NCBI GenBank assembly: GCA_963794325.1
Contig: CAWCDG010000004.1
Coordinates: 992,001 to 1,056,000, forward strand
Length of the DNA: 64,000 nt
Direction: 5' to 3'
Origin: an uncultured delta proteobacterium
GTDB lineage: Bacteria > Desulfobacterota > Binatia > Binatales > Binataceae
The notes under the pieces were generated by a model, which saw only the letters and a program-made list of their open reading frames with translations, ran no database searches and was not told the DNA's origin. The position numbers were made by a program, and so were the translations under genes. Positions 49,258-57,113 of this stretch are shown here, in pieces (position 1 is the stretch's first letter; each line of letters opens with the position of its first letter).

Positions 49258-50087
49258 AAAGCTCCTAACGTTCCACTCTGCCCCTCACCACGCGCGATAA
49301 TCTCCGCCGCCAATGCGCGATAGCCCTCCGCTCCCGCCGACTTCGGCTCGTATTCGCAGACAGACAGTCCATGACTCGGGCTTTCCGACAGCCGCACGCT
49401 GCGCGGAATCACGCTCTGAAAAACTTTTTCCGGAAAATGTTTTCTCACTTCCTCGGAGATTTCGTGACTGAGGCGATTTCGCGTATCGAACATCGTGAGC
49501 ACCAGGCCTTCGAGCTCGAGTCCCGGCCTCAGCGCCGCCTTGACCTTGTTGATCGTGCCGAGCAGCGCGCTCAGACCTTCGAGCGCGTAGTACTCGCATT
49601 GCATCGGCACCAGCACCGAGTCCGCCGCCACCAGCGCATTGAGGGTGAGAATCCCGAGCGACGGTGGCGTGTCAATTAGAACATAGTTATATTCCACTCT
49701 CGATGGCTCCAGGAGCGCTCGTAAGCGACGCTCACGACCCTCCATCGTCACCAGCTCGATCTCGGCGCCCACCAGGTCGTCGCCCGCCGGCGCGAGCGAC
49801 AAGGTCGGCCGCACCTGCCTCAAGATTTCCGCGATCGGCAGCCCACCGACCAACGCCTGGTAAATAGTCTTGCCCGTGCGCCGCGATTCACTGACGTCTT
49901 CGGGCGTGGCGATACCGGAAGTGGCGTTGCCCTGGGGGTCCAGGTCGACCAGCAAGACCTTGAGTCCCGTGTCGGCCAACGCGAAGGCCAGATTGATAGC
50001 GGTGGTAGTCTTACCGACGCCGCCTTTCTGATTAGCTATTGCGATTACCCGCCCCACGACCCACCCCGCAGGGATTGCCCCTGCCAT
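49251..50087 (-). CDS. parA: Chromosome partitioning ATPase ParA/Soj
   Basis: NQKGGVGKTTT, DLDPQGNAT, DTPPSLG, QCEYYALEGL, ESPSHG; may start at GTG about 50057. Confidence 0.96.
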   Translation of the reverse strand: MAGAIPAGWVVGRVIAIANQKGGVGKTTTAINLAFALADTGLKVLLVDLDPQGNATSGIATPEDVSESRRTGKTIYQALVGGLPIAEILRQVRPTLSLAPAGDDLVGAEIELVTMEGRERRLRALLEPSRVEYNYVLIDTPPSLGILTLNALVAADSVLVPMQCEYYALEGLSALLGTINKVKAALRPGLELEGLVLTMFDTRNRLSHEISEEVRKHFPEKVFQSVIPRSVRLSESPSHGLSVCEYEPKSAGAEGYRALAAEIIARGEGQSGTLGALL

Positions 50088-50128
50088 CCGCAAGAATGAG
50101 GAACCTCAGACCCGAACCGCGCTGGAAA

Positions 50129-50144
50129 CGTTTCACGTGAAACG
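50129..50144. promoter_or_regulatory. parS site
   Basis: CGTTTCACGTGAAACG palindrome. Confidence 0.9.
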
Positions 50145-50239
50145 TCTGCAAAATCATTAAATGCGCGCTCGCAAATAAATGCAAATCGAGCGATCCGATT
50201 TACGCAAGTACCTGAATTTATTAGTTTTTCGCGCCAAAA

Positions 50240-50255
50240 CGTTTCACGTGAAACG
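50240..50255. promoter_or_regulatory. parS site
   Basis: CGTTTCACGTGAAACG palindrome. Confidence 0.9.
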
Positions 50256-50289
50256 TTCCCCCGAAGCCCGAGTGGCATTGTGGCATGCA

Positions 50290-50470
50290 AATCCAGGAAG
50301 GAATCACAGGCTAAAGCCTGTGCCACTCAAATTCCCGGACCTTCCTCCCCAGAACCTGAAAGCAAAAGGGCGTCCTCGCCATTTTGCGATTAGGTACTAA
50401 GGTGCAGGGCTTAGCCCTGCCGAAGGAAGCGTGAAACCCGCGAAGGGTTTCACATTTAATCGAGTGATCT
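50290..50470 (+). repeat. Half family B doublet plus variant family A element (H1', T1)
   Basis: Variant core GCAGGGC-TTA-GCCCTGC keeps base pairing. Confidence 0.88.
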
Positions 50471-50483
50471 ACCCTTCCCTCGA

Positions 50484-51242
50484 TTACAGCCGCTGCCAGG
50501 TGGCCACCGCGCGATTATACATCGCGCGTCCGTGACGCAGGTCGTACACCCCCAACACGCCATCGGAGAATCCAGCCGCCTTGGCCGCAGCCTCGGACGC
50601 CTCATCGAACTTCTGATCGGCGCTGACGTAGAGCATCAGGATACCCCCGAGATGCAACCCCTGGCCCGCGATCTTGAAAATCTCCGGCGTTACTCCGACG
50701 GCCCGCGACGTAATCACTTCGTAGCCGTCGCGCACATCGAACGTCTCCGCCCGGACGCATTCGACGCGGACACTCTGCAGGCCCATCTCGATCGCAGCCT
50801 CGGTCAGGAACGTCGCGCGCTTGCGCCGCGCCTCGACCAGCGTCACCTGCGCATTGATTGCCGCCGCGATCACCAGGCCGGGAAACCCGGCGCCGCTGCC
50901 GATATCCAAAAAACGATGGGCCCGGTCCAAGCGCAGAACCTTCGCGCTGACTGCCAGCGAGATCGGAATGATACTGTCGAACATATGGAACACGATCTCG
51001 TCGGGGTCCTGCGGATGCGCTGTCAGGTTTATCTTCGGTCCCCACACCGCAATCATCGAGGCCATCCGCTCGATCCGGTTGAGGAACTGGACCGTATTAC
51101 TGACGACCCCGAGCGGCGCGATCGCCGGCGCCAGTTGAGCCCGCACCGCGGCGCCAATCGCCTCGGGCGTCATGACCTTCTTCTTGGCGGGCGCCTTGGG
51201 ACTTCGCTTCTTCGGGGGTTTTGTCGTGCTCTTATGTTTCAC
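50484..51242 (-). CDS. rsmG: 16S rRNA m7G527 methyltransferase RsmG (GidB)
   Basis: INLTA, HMFDS, LDIGSGAGFPG, EARRKRATFL, ITSRAV; start either GTG 51242 or ATG 51173. Confidence 0.92.
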   Translation of the reverse strand: MKHKSTTKPPKKRSPKAPAKKKVMTPEAIGAAVRAQLAPAIAPLGVVSNTVQFLNRIERMASMIAVWGPKINLTAHPQDPDEIVFHMFDSIIPISLAVSAKVLRLDRAHRFLDIGSGAGFPGLVIAAAINAQVTLVEARRKRATFLTEAAIEMGLQSVRVECVRAETFDVRDGYEVITSRAVGVTPEIFKIAGQGLHLGGILMLYVSADQKFDEASEAAAKAAGFSDGVLGVYDLRHGRAMYNRAVATWQRL

Positions 51243-51250
51243 GTGAAACG
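51235..51250. promoter_or_regulatory. parS site
   Basis: TGTTTCACGTGAAACG. Confidence 0.9.
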
Positions 51251-51300
51251 TCGATTGCAAAAAGTTAAGTATCTGATCTTATTGAAGAATCACGCCAAAA

Positions 51301-51316
51301 CGTTTCACGTGAAACG
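51301..51316. promoter_or_regulatory. parS site
   Basis: CGTTTCACGTGAAACG palindrome. Confidence 0.9.
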
Positions 51317-51340
51317 TTCAGTTCCCGCCCGGAATGGCCC

Positions 51341-53218
51341 TCAGATCGCGCGCGCATTGCGGTCGCGCCGGCTCTTAATATGCACCGCCAAAATCGAGAT
51401 TGCCGCCGGCGTGATTCCCGGCATCCGGGCCGCCTGCCCCAGCGATCGCGGCCGCACTGCGCATAGCCGCTCCGATACCTCGGTCGAAAGTCCCATCACG
51501 CCCTTGAAATCCACCCAATCCGGAATCTGTGTGTCCTCGAGGCGCGCGAACCGCTCGACCGCCTCAGCCTGCCGCCGAACGTAGCCCTCGTACTTTATTT
51601 CAGTTTCGAGCTCGGCCGCTTCGTCGAGGTTCAGCGTTGTCTCGACCCCGCTCATCTTAATCAAAGCGTCGTAGCCTATTTCCGGGCGCTTGAGCAGCTC
51701 GATCGCACGCACCGGCTGCGTGATTGGCGTCGATCCCGCCGCCGCCATCGCCGCATTCACCTCGTCGGACGCCGGTATCAGCGCCAGCTTCAGGCGCTCG
51801 ATCTCGCCGCGCACCGCCTCGGTCTTGGCCCGAACCCGCGCGCCCGCCGATGCGTCCAACAGTCCGAGCTGCTCGCCAATCGGCGACAGCCGCCGGTCCG
51901 CATTATCCTCGCGCAGCAGCAAGCGATACTCCGCGCGCGAGGTGAACATCCGATACGGCTCGCCGCCAATCCCGCGGGTCACCAGGTCGTCGATCATCAC
52001 CCCGATATACGCCTGGTCGCGCCGCAGGATCAGGGCCGACTCGCCGCGCACCTTGAGCGCCGCATTGATCCCCGCAATCAGACCCTGCGCGCCCGCCTCC
52101 TCGTAACCAGTCGTCCCGTTGATCTGCCCGGCGAAAAACAACCCGCCCACCAGCTTGGTCTCGAGCGACGCGGTCAACTGCGTCGGGTCCGAGAAATCGT
52201 ACTCGATCGCATAGCCTGGCCGCATTATCTCGGCCTGCTCGAGCCCGACGATCGACCGAACCATCGCTTGCTGCACATCGAGCGGCAAGCTGGTGGACAG
52301 CCCGTTGGGATATACCTCGACCGTATCGCGGCCCTCGGGCTCGAGGAAAATCTGATGCCGCAGCTTGTCCCGGAAGCGCATCACCTTGTCCTCGACCGAC
52401 GGGCAATAGCGCGGCCCCTTGCTCTGGATAACGCCGGAGTACATCGGCGATCGATCGATCCCGCCGCGGATAATCTCGTGAGTGCGCGCGTTGGTCCATG
52501 TCAGATGGCAGGGAATCTGTCCTTGCGCGATCCGCTCGGTGCGGAACGAGAACGGCGGCGGCGGCTCGTCGCCCGGCTGGATCTCCAACGCGGAGTAGTC
52601 GATCGTGCGCCCATCGAGCCGCGGGCAAGTGCCGGTCTTGAGCCGGCCGATGCGAAATCCCAGTTGCGCCAGATGCTCACTGAGGCCCATCGCGGCGAAA
52701 TCGCCGGCGCGGCCCGCCGAATAGTTCTTCATCCCGATATGGACGAGGCCCTTCAGGAACGTGCCGGTGGTGAGAATCACGGTCGACGCCTCGAACACCT
52801 CGCCTATTTGCGACTCGACCCCGCGCACCGCGCCATCCTCGACGATCAGCCGCTCGACGCTCGCCTGCCGCACTTGCAAGTTGGCGGTCCGCTCGAGCAC
52901 CCGCTTGCTGCGCGCCCGATATGCGGCCTTGTCGGCCTGCGCGCGCCGCGCACGAACCGCTGGTCCCTTGCGCGTGTTCAGAAATCGAAACTGGATTCCG
53001 GTCTCGTCGGTCGCGAGGCCCATCTCGCCGCCGAGCGCGTCGATCTCGCGCACCAGATGCCCCTTGCCGATCCCGCCGATCGCCGGATTGCACGACATCT
53101 GCCCGATATGGTCGAGGTTGAGCGTGAGCATTAGCGCGCTCGCCCCCATCCGCGCCGCGGCGAGCGCCGCCTCGATTCCGGAATGTCCGGCGCCAACGAT
53201 GATCACGTCATAGTTCAT
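51341..53218 (-). CDS. mnmG: tRNA U34 modification enzyme MnmG (GidA)
   Basis: MSCNPAIGG, RLKTGTCPR, GPRYCPS, AGQINGTTGYEEA, YRMFTSRAEYRL. Confidence 0.98.
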   Translation of the reverse strand: MNYDVIIVGAGHSGIEAALAAARMGASALMLTLNLDHIGQMSCNPAIGGIGKGHLVREIDALGGEMGLATDETGIQFRFLNTRKGPAVRARRAQADKAAYRARSKRVLERTANLQVRQASVERLIVEDGAVRGVESQIGEVFEASTVILTTGTFLKGLVHIGMKNYSAGRAGDFAAMGLSEHLAQLGFRIGRLKTGTCPRLDGRTIDYSALEIQPGDEPPPPFSFRTERIAQGQIPCHLTWTNARTHEIIRGGIDRSPMYSGVIQSKGPRYCPSVEDKVMRFRDKLRHQIFLEPEGRDTVEVYPNGLSTSLPLDVQQAMVRSIVGLEQAEIMRPGYAIEYDFSDPTQLTASLETKLVGGLFFAGQINGTTGYEEAGAQGLIAGINAALKVRGESALILRRDQAYIGVMIDDLVTRGIGGEPYRMFTSRAEYRLLLREDNADRRLSPIGEQLGLLDASAGARVRAKTEAVRGEIERLKLALIPASDEVNAAMAAAGSTPITQPVRAIELLKRPEIGYDALIKMSGVETTLNLDEAAELETEIKYEGYVRRQAEAVERFARLEDTQIPDWVDFKGVMGLSTEVSERLCAVRPRSLGQAARMPGITPAAISILAVHIKSRRDRNARAI

Positions 53219-53330
53219 GATGAATCAGCGATTATGACCCCCATGGGCCCAATCGCGCAAAGCACGCCCCGCCACTATATGTATAATTTTCTTATCTACA
53301 GTAGGAGAATCAGATTTCTCTCCGTGAGGT

Positions 53331-53453
53331 CTCCGTCATCCTGAGCGGAGTCTGCGTAGCGAAGGATCTCGCGCGTTAGCGCGTCGGCCGGCAGGCGCCG
53401 AACGCAAGAGCGTCCGTCGAGATTCTTCGCCGCAACGGCTCAGAATGACGGAG
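53331..53453. repeat. Family D inverted doublet
   Basis: CTCCGTCATCCTGAGCG..GAAGGATCT ... AGATTCTTC..CTCAGAATGACGGAG; second copy at 56886. Confidence 0.88.
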
Positions 53454-53477
53454 GGGGAATCGTGCCGAGCTGAGAAC

Positions 53478-54867
53478 CTACTTCCCGATGCAGAAATCGC
53501 GGAAGATCGCGTCGAGCACGTCCTCGCCGCTGACCTCGCCAGTGATGGATCCGAGCGCCGATGCGGCCGCCATTATATCGACCGCGACAATCTCCGGCGG
53601 CATCGATGATAACGCGGCGCCGCGCGCGTTCTTGAGCGCTTCCAGAGCCATCGCAAGCGCATCACGATGCCGCTCGCGCGAGATCGCGATTTGATTGTTG
53701 GTGGTTGGTGCGGATGGATCGACAAGCGCCGCGATCGCCTTCGTCAGTTCGGCGCGCAGGATTGCAGCCTCGCCGATATCGATCGCGGAGAACGGGAGCA
53801 TCGGCAGTGACAGGCCGTGCTCTCGCAGATCACCAGCAGAGATCGCATGCGGGCAGGTCGCGCTTGTTCAGGATCGCGAGGCCGGGACGATTCGACGTCA
53901 GGCGAATCACTTCCCGATCCGCCGCTTCGAGCGGGCGCGACGAATCGAACATCGCAATCAGCAGGTCCGCGTCGCGCGCCGAGCGTAACGTGCGCTCGAT
54001 TCCAATCCGCTCGACAACGTCGGCCGATTCGCGCACCCCCGCGGTATCGTTGAGCACCAGCGCGTACGGCCCAAGCTGGACTGAGTCTTCGATCACGTCG
54101 CGAGTAGTGCCGGCGATCGCCGTGACGATCGCGCGGTCGGCGCCGAGCAACAGATTCAGCAGGCTCGACTTGCCGGCGTTGGGCTTGCCGACGATCGTCG
54201 CGCGGACCCCTTCGCGCATCAGGAGGCCGCGCGCGAAGCTGTCGTGCAGCATCGCAACGTCGGCAATCAGCCGCTCGATCTCGGCGGCAACCTCGCGCCG
54301 CGACGGCATCCGGATGTCCTCGTCGGAGAAATCGATCTCGACTTCGAGATGCGCGCGAATCGCAATCACCTGGGCGCGCAACTCCGCGACCCGCGCCGAA
54401 AGTGCGCCCGAGAGCTGCGACAACGCGTTCGTGAGCGCGGACTCGCTGCGCGCTCCGACGATATCGGCAACCGCCTCAGCCTCCGCCAGATCCATCCGGC
54501 CGTTCAAAAATGCGCGGCGAGTGAACTCGCCCGGCTCGGCGATTCGCGCGCCCGCATCGACGGCGATCGCAACGATGCGCCGGACGACGAACGGCCCGCC
54601 ATGGCATTGGATTTCGGCAACGTCCTCGCCAGTGAGGCTCGCCGGATGCGGCATCACGACCGCCAGCGCGCGATCGATGCGCGCGCCAGTGGCGGGATCG
54701 ACAACGTCGCCCAGTCGCATCACGCGCGGCGTGATCTCGGTAATGCGCGCTGGGTGAAACATCGCCTCGAGGATTTCGACTGCGCGCGGACCGGATAGGC
54801 GCACAATTGCAACGGCGCCGATTCCCGGCGCTGTGGCAGGAGCTACGATCGTGTCGGCGGCGTACAT
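53478..54867 (-). pseudogene. mnmE: tRNA modification GTPase MnmE, split by a +1 frameshift at about 53852
   Basis: DTIVAPAT, PGEFTRRAFLNG, GKPNAGKSS, GTTRD, DTAG, NKRD; C-terminus (FRDFCIGK) in another frame; removing one C from CTGCCCGCAT restores the frame; probably a sequencing indel. Confidence 0.9.
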
Positions 54868-54886
54868 AGGTAGAGGAACGAATTGT

Positions 54887-55071
54887 ATGTGAAACCCTTC
54901 GCGGGTTTCACGCTTCCGCGGCAGGGGTGACCCCTGCACCCAGTATTAATCGCAAAATGGCGAGGACGCCATTTTGCTCTCAGGTTCTTGGTTTTGGTGG
55001 CACAGGCTTTAGCCTGTGATCTTTCTGGTCCATGTATCCAGGAAAGAATCACAGGCTAAAGCCTGTGCCAC
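54887..55071 (-). repeat. Family A element (T1, H1') plus family B doublet (54997-55071)
   Basis: Near-duplicate of 4684-4882. Confidence 0.92.
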
Positions 55072-55114
55072 GTGAGCAATGCCAGCGATAACTCAGATAC
55101 AGTGAAGCCATCTG

Positions 55115-55387
55115 ATGAAGATTGGGCATTTCATTCCCGTCGTTTTGATCGGCTGGATCCTTCTCGCCCCCTCAATCGATTGCGCGCGGCGGGGGTTGCA
55201 GCGGGAGACGCCGCTGTCGGAATGGGAACGCGGAGACCATTTCTCGTCGCGCGAGAGTTGCGAGAGTTATCGGGCGACGGTGATCGATGCGGAGAAGAGC
55301 GATGCCGAGAACATCTATGTTCAGCGGTATTCGTATTCGATTTGTGTGCAGGATGATGATCCGCGGTTGAAGGAACCTAACCCCTAA
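55115..55387 (+). CDS. Small exported hypothetical protein
   Basis: Hydrophobic N-terminus (VLIGWILLAPS), PLSEW...FSSRESCE...CVQDDDPRLK; stop codon lies inside a family E repeat. Confidence 0.6.
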   Translation: MKIGHFIPVVLIGWILLAPSIDCARRGLQRETPLSEWERGDHFSSRESCESYRATVIDAEKSDAENIYVQRYSYSICVQDDDPRLKEPNP

Positions 55388-55533
55388 CCCCTTCCCTCGA
55401 GGGAAGGGGAACCGGATTGTTGGAGAGAGCGAAAAGGTCGTCCTCGCCGTTTTGCGATTAGTACTTTTCACTGGGTGCAGGGGTCACCCCTGCCGAAGGA
55501 AGCGTGAAACCCACGGAGGGTTTCACGTTTAAT
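55374..55533 (+). repeat. Family E repeat plus family A element (H1', T1)
   Basis: Core at 55473; GTGAAACCCACGGAGGGTTTCAC. Confidence 0.9.
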
Positions 55534-55707
55534 CAGTTCTCCCTCTGGCGGGCGGGGTGCTTGCTCAATTGCGTGCGGTATGGTTCGATTGCGTGTTCGG
55601 AGTCTATCCAGAATACCACTACCTGATTTTGCCGGACTAAAAGATACCGACCTACTAACCGACCTCGCCGGTCGGAATTCAAAACCGAGTGAAGCTGGCC
55701 CCGAGCA

Positions 55708-55866
55708 ATGAAAAGGACCTACCAACCACATAACCGCCGACGCAAACGAACCCATGGATTCCTGGCACGGATGGCCACGCCGGGCGGACGCAAAATACTC
55801 AAGCGCCGCCGCGCCAAGGGCCGCACCCGCCTTGCAATCTCGATCCCGCCCAAGCAGCCGGGCTAG
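55708..55866 (+). CDS. rpmH: 50S ribosomal protein L34
   Basis: [39 protein letters not shown], 52 aa, below the ORF-track cutoff. Confidence 0.97.
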   Translation: MKRTYQPHNRRRKRTHGFLARMATPGGRKILKRRRAKGRTRLAISIPPKQPG

Positions 55867-55873
55867 CATTGCA

Positions 55874-56251
55874 GTGCGTGCGCAATTGAGCTTCGCGGCG
55901 GCCGACCGGCTGCATCGGAGCGCGGAATTTTTGCGCCTCCAGCGAAATGGCGTGCGATTCCAGAGCCCCCATTTTGTGCTGTATGCGGGTAGTCTCGATA
56001 TCGAGCCGGAGCGCTCGCGCCTGGGCGTCACAGTGTCGCGCAGAATTGGCAACGCGGTGGTGCGGAACCGGGTGAAGCGGCGGGTGCGCGAGTTTTTCAG
56101 GAAAGTGATGCGGGCGGAGTTGCCGCCGCGGACGTCGATCGTGGTGATCGCGCGGGGCGGTGCGGGTGCGCTCGAATCGGGCGCGATCGGCGATGAACTT
56201 GCGATGGCGGCGCGGAATATCAGTGGACGAATTGTTGGGCGGGGTCAGTGA
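55874..56251 (+). CDS. rnpA: Ribonuclease P protein component
   Basis: RLGVTVSRRIGNAVVRNRVKRRVRE RNR motif; follows rpmH. Confidence 0.95.
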   Translation: MRAQLSFAAADRLHRSAEFLRLQRNGVRFQSPHFVLYAGSLDIEPERSRLGVTVSRRIGNAVVRNRVKRRVREFFRKVMRAELPPRTSIVVIARGGAGALESGAIGDELAMAARNISGRIVGRGQ

Positions 56252-56270
56252 TGAGAGAGAACCTATCAAG

Positions 56271-56353
56271 ATCGCCTGCGCGGCGAGCGGCAGGGGTGAC
56301 CCCTGCACCCAGTGAGAATCGCGAAATGTTGAGGACAACCTTTCGCTCTCAGG
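56271..56353 (-). repeat. Family A element (T2, H1)
   Basis: Core at 56289-56310. Confidence 0.9.
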
Positions 56354-56515
56354 GTCGGGGGGCGGATGGCGAGCGTAAAGGTGTGATGTTCGGCTTTCAT
56401 CCATCGCGGTGCGCGTGCCGCATGACAACTAACCCCTTTTTTTTCAGTTTTTTCAGTATTAAGGCCGCGCTCCGTTGTCGCGCGCGGATCGAGGGGCGTG
56501 GTGATGGCGCCAGAT

Positions 56516-56600
56516 AACCTAACCCCTAACCCCTTCCCGAACGGGAAGGGGGACCGGATTATTGGGAGTAACCTTTTCCCGAGCGGGAAGGGGGACCGGA
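56516..56600 (+). repeat. Family E repeat, one full and one partial copy
   Basis: AACCTAACCCCTAACCCCTTCCCGAACGGGAAGGGGGACCGGA. Confidence 0.88.
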
Positions 56601-56608
56601 AGGCGAAG

Positions 56609-56860
56609 ATGGCACCGCGATTCGTTGCGGCGGGGGCGATTGCGATTTATCGGGCGGCGGTTTCGCCGGTGATTCATGCGATGAATGGGCCCGCGTGCAG
56701 GTTCGAGCCGAGCTGCTCGGTGTATGCGCGCGATGCGATCACGGAGTACGGGATCGTTCGCGGCGGTATCATGGCGATTTGGCGGATCGCGCGATGCAAT
56801 CCGATGGGTGGTCATGGATTTGATCCGGTGCGAGGGCGAGCTGCGAAGGTGGTGCGATGA
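56609..56860 (+). CDS. yidD: Membrane protein insertion efficiency factor YidD
   Basis: CRFEPSCSVY, RIARCNP..GHGFDPV. Confidence 0.93.
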   Translation: MAPRFVAAGAIAIYRAAVSPVIHAMNGPACRFEPSCSVYARDAITEYGIVRGGIMAIWRIARCNPMGGHGFDPVRGRAAKVVR

Positions 56861-56885
56861 AGCGGAGTTGCAGCCCGCTCTTTTC

Positions 56886-57091
56886 TTTGTGTCATCCTGA
56901 GCGGAGTCTGCGTAGCGAAGGATCTCGCGCGTCTGTGCGCGTTATAGCCAGCGCCGGACACCGGAGTGTCCGTCGAGATTCTTCACTACAGCGGCTTCCG
57001 TTCAGAATGACACAAAAAAGTGAGTGCGCGAGGATTGTGGTCGATGCCGGCTAACCTAACCCCTAGCCCCTTCCCTCGAGGGAAGAGGAAC
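56886..57091. repeat. Family D doublet (56886-57016) plus family E repeat (57053-57091)
   Basis: TTTGTGTCATCCTGAGCGGAGTCTGCGTAGCGAAGGATCT...CAGAATGACACAAA. Confidence 0.88.
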
Positions 57092-57113
57092 AATCGCAGG
57101 AAAAGAAATCAAG

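Noticed and set aside
30136-49300. Similar short ORFs (..LRLNESKLVGCRTLH.., MSEGRSAKAA..) at about 30.2, 47.3 and 48.9 kb
   Set aside because: Translations of family C repeats; frames and starts are inconsistent between copies
53840-53860. Programmed frameshifting in mnmE
   Set aside because: No slippery heptamer or obvious stimulatory structure; similar single-base indels elsewhere point to sequencing error
28539-54939. ORFs or N-terminal extensions starting MQGSPLP (28539, 35716, 39170, 54939)
   Set aside because: Translations of the family A core; the real starts of trmFO and mnmE are at 39284 and 54867
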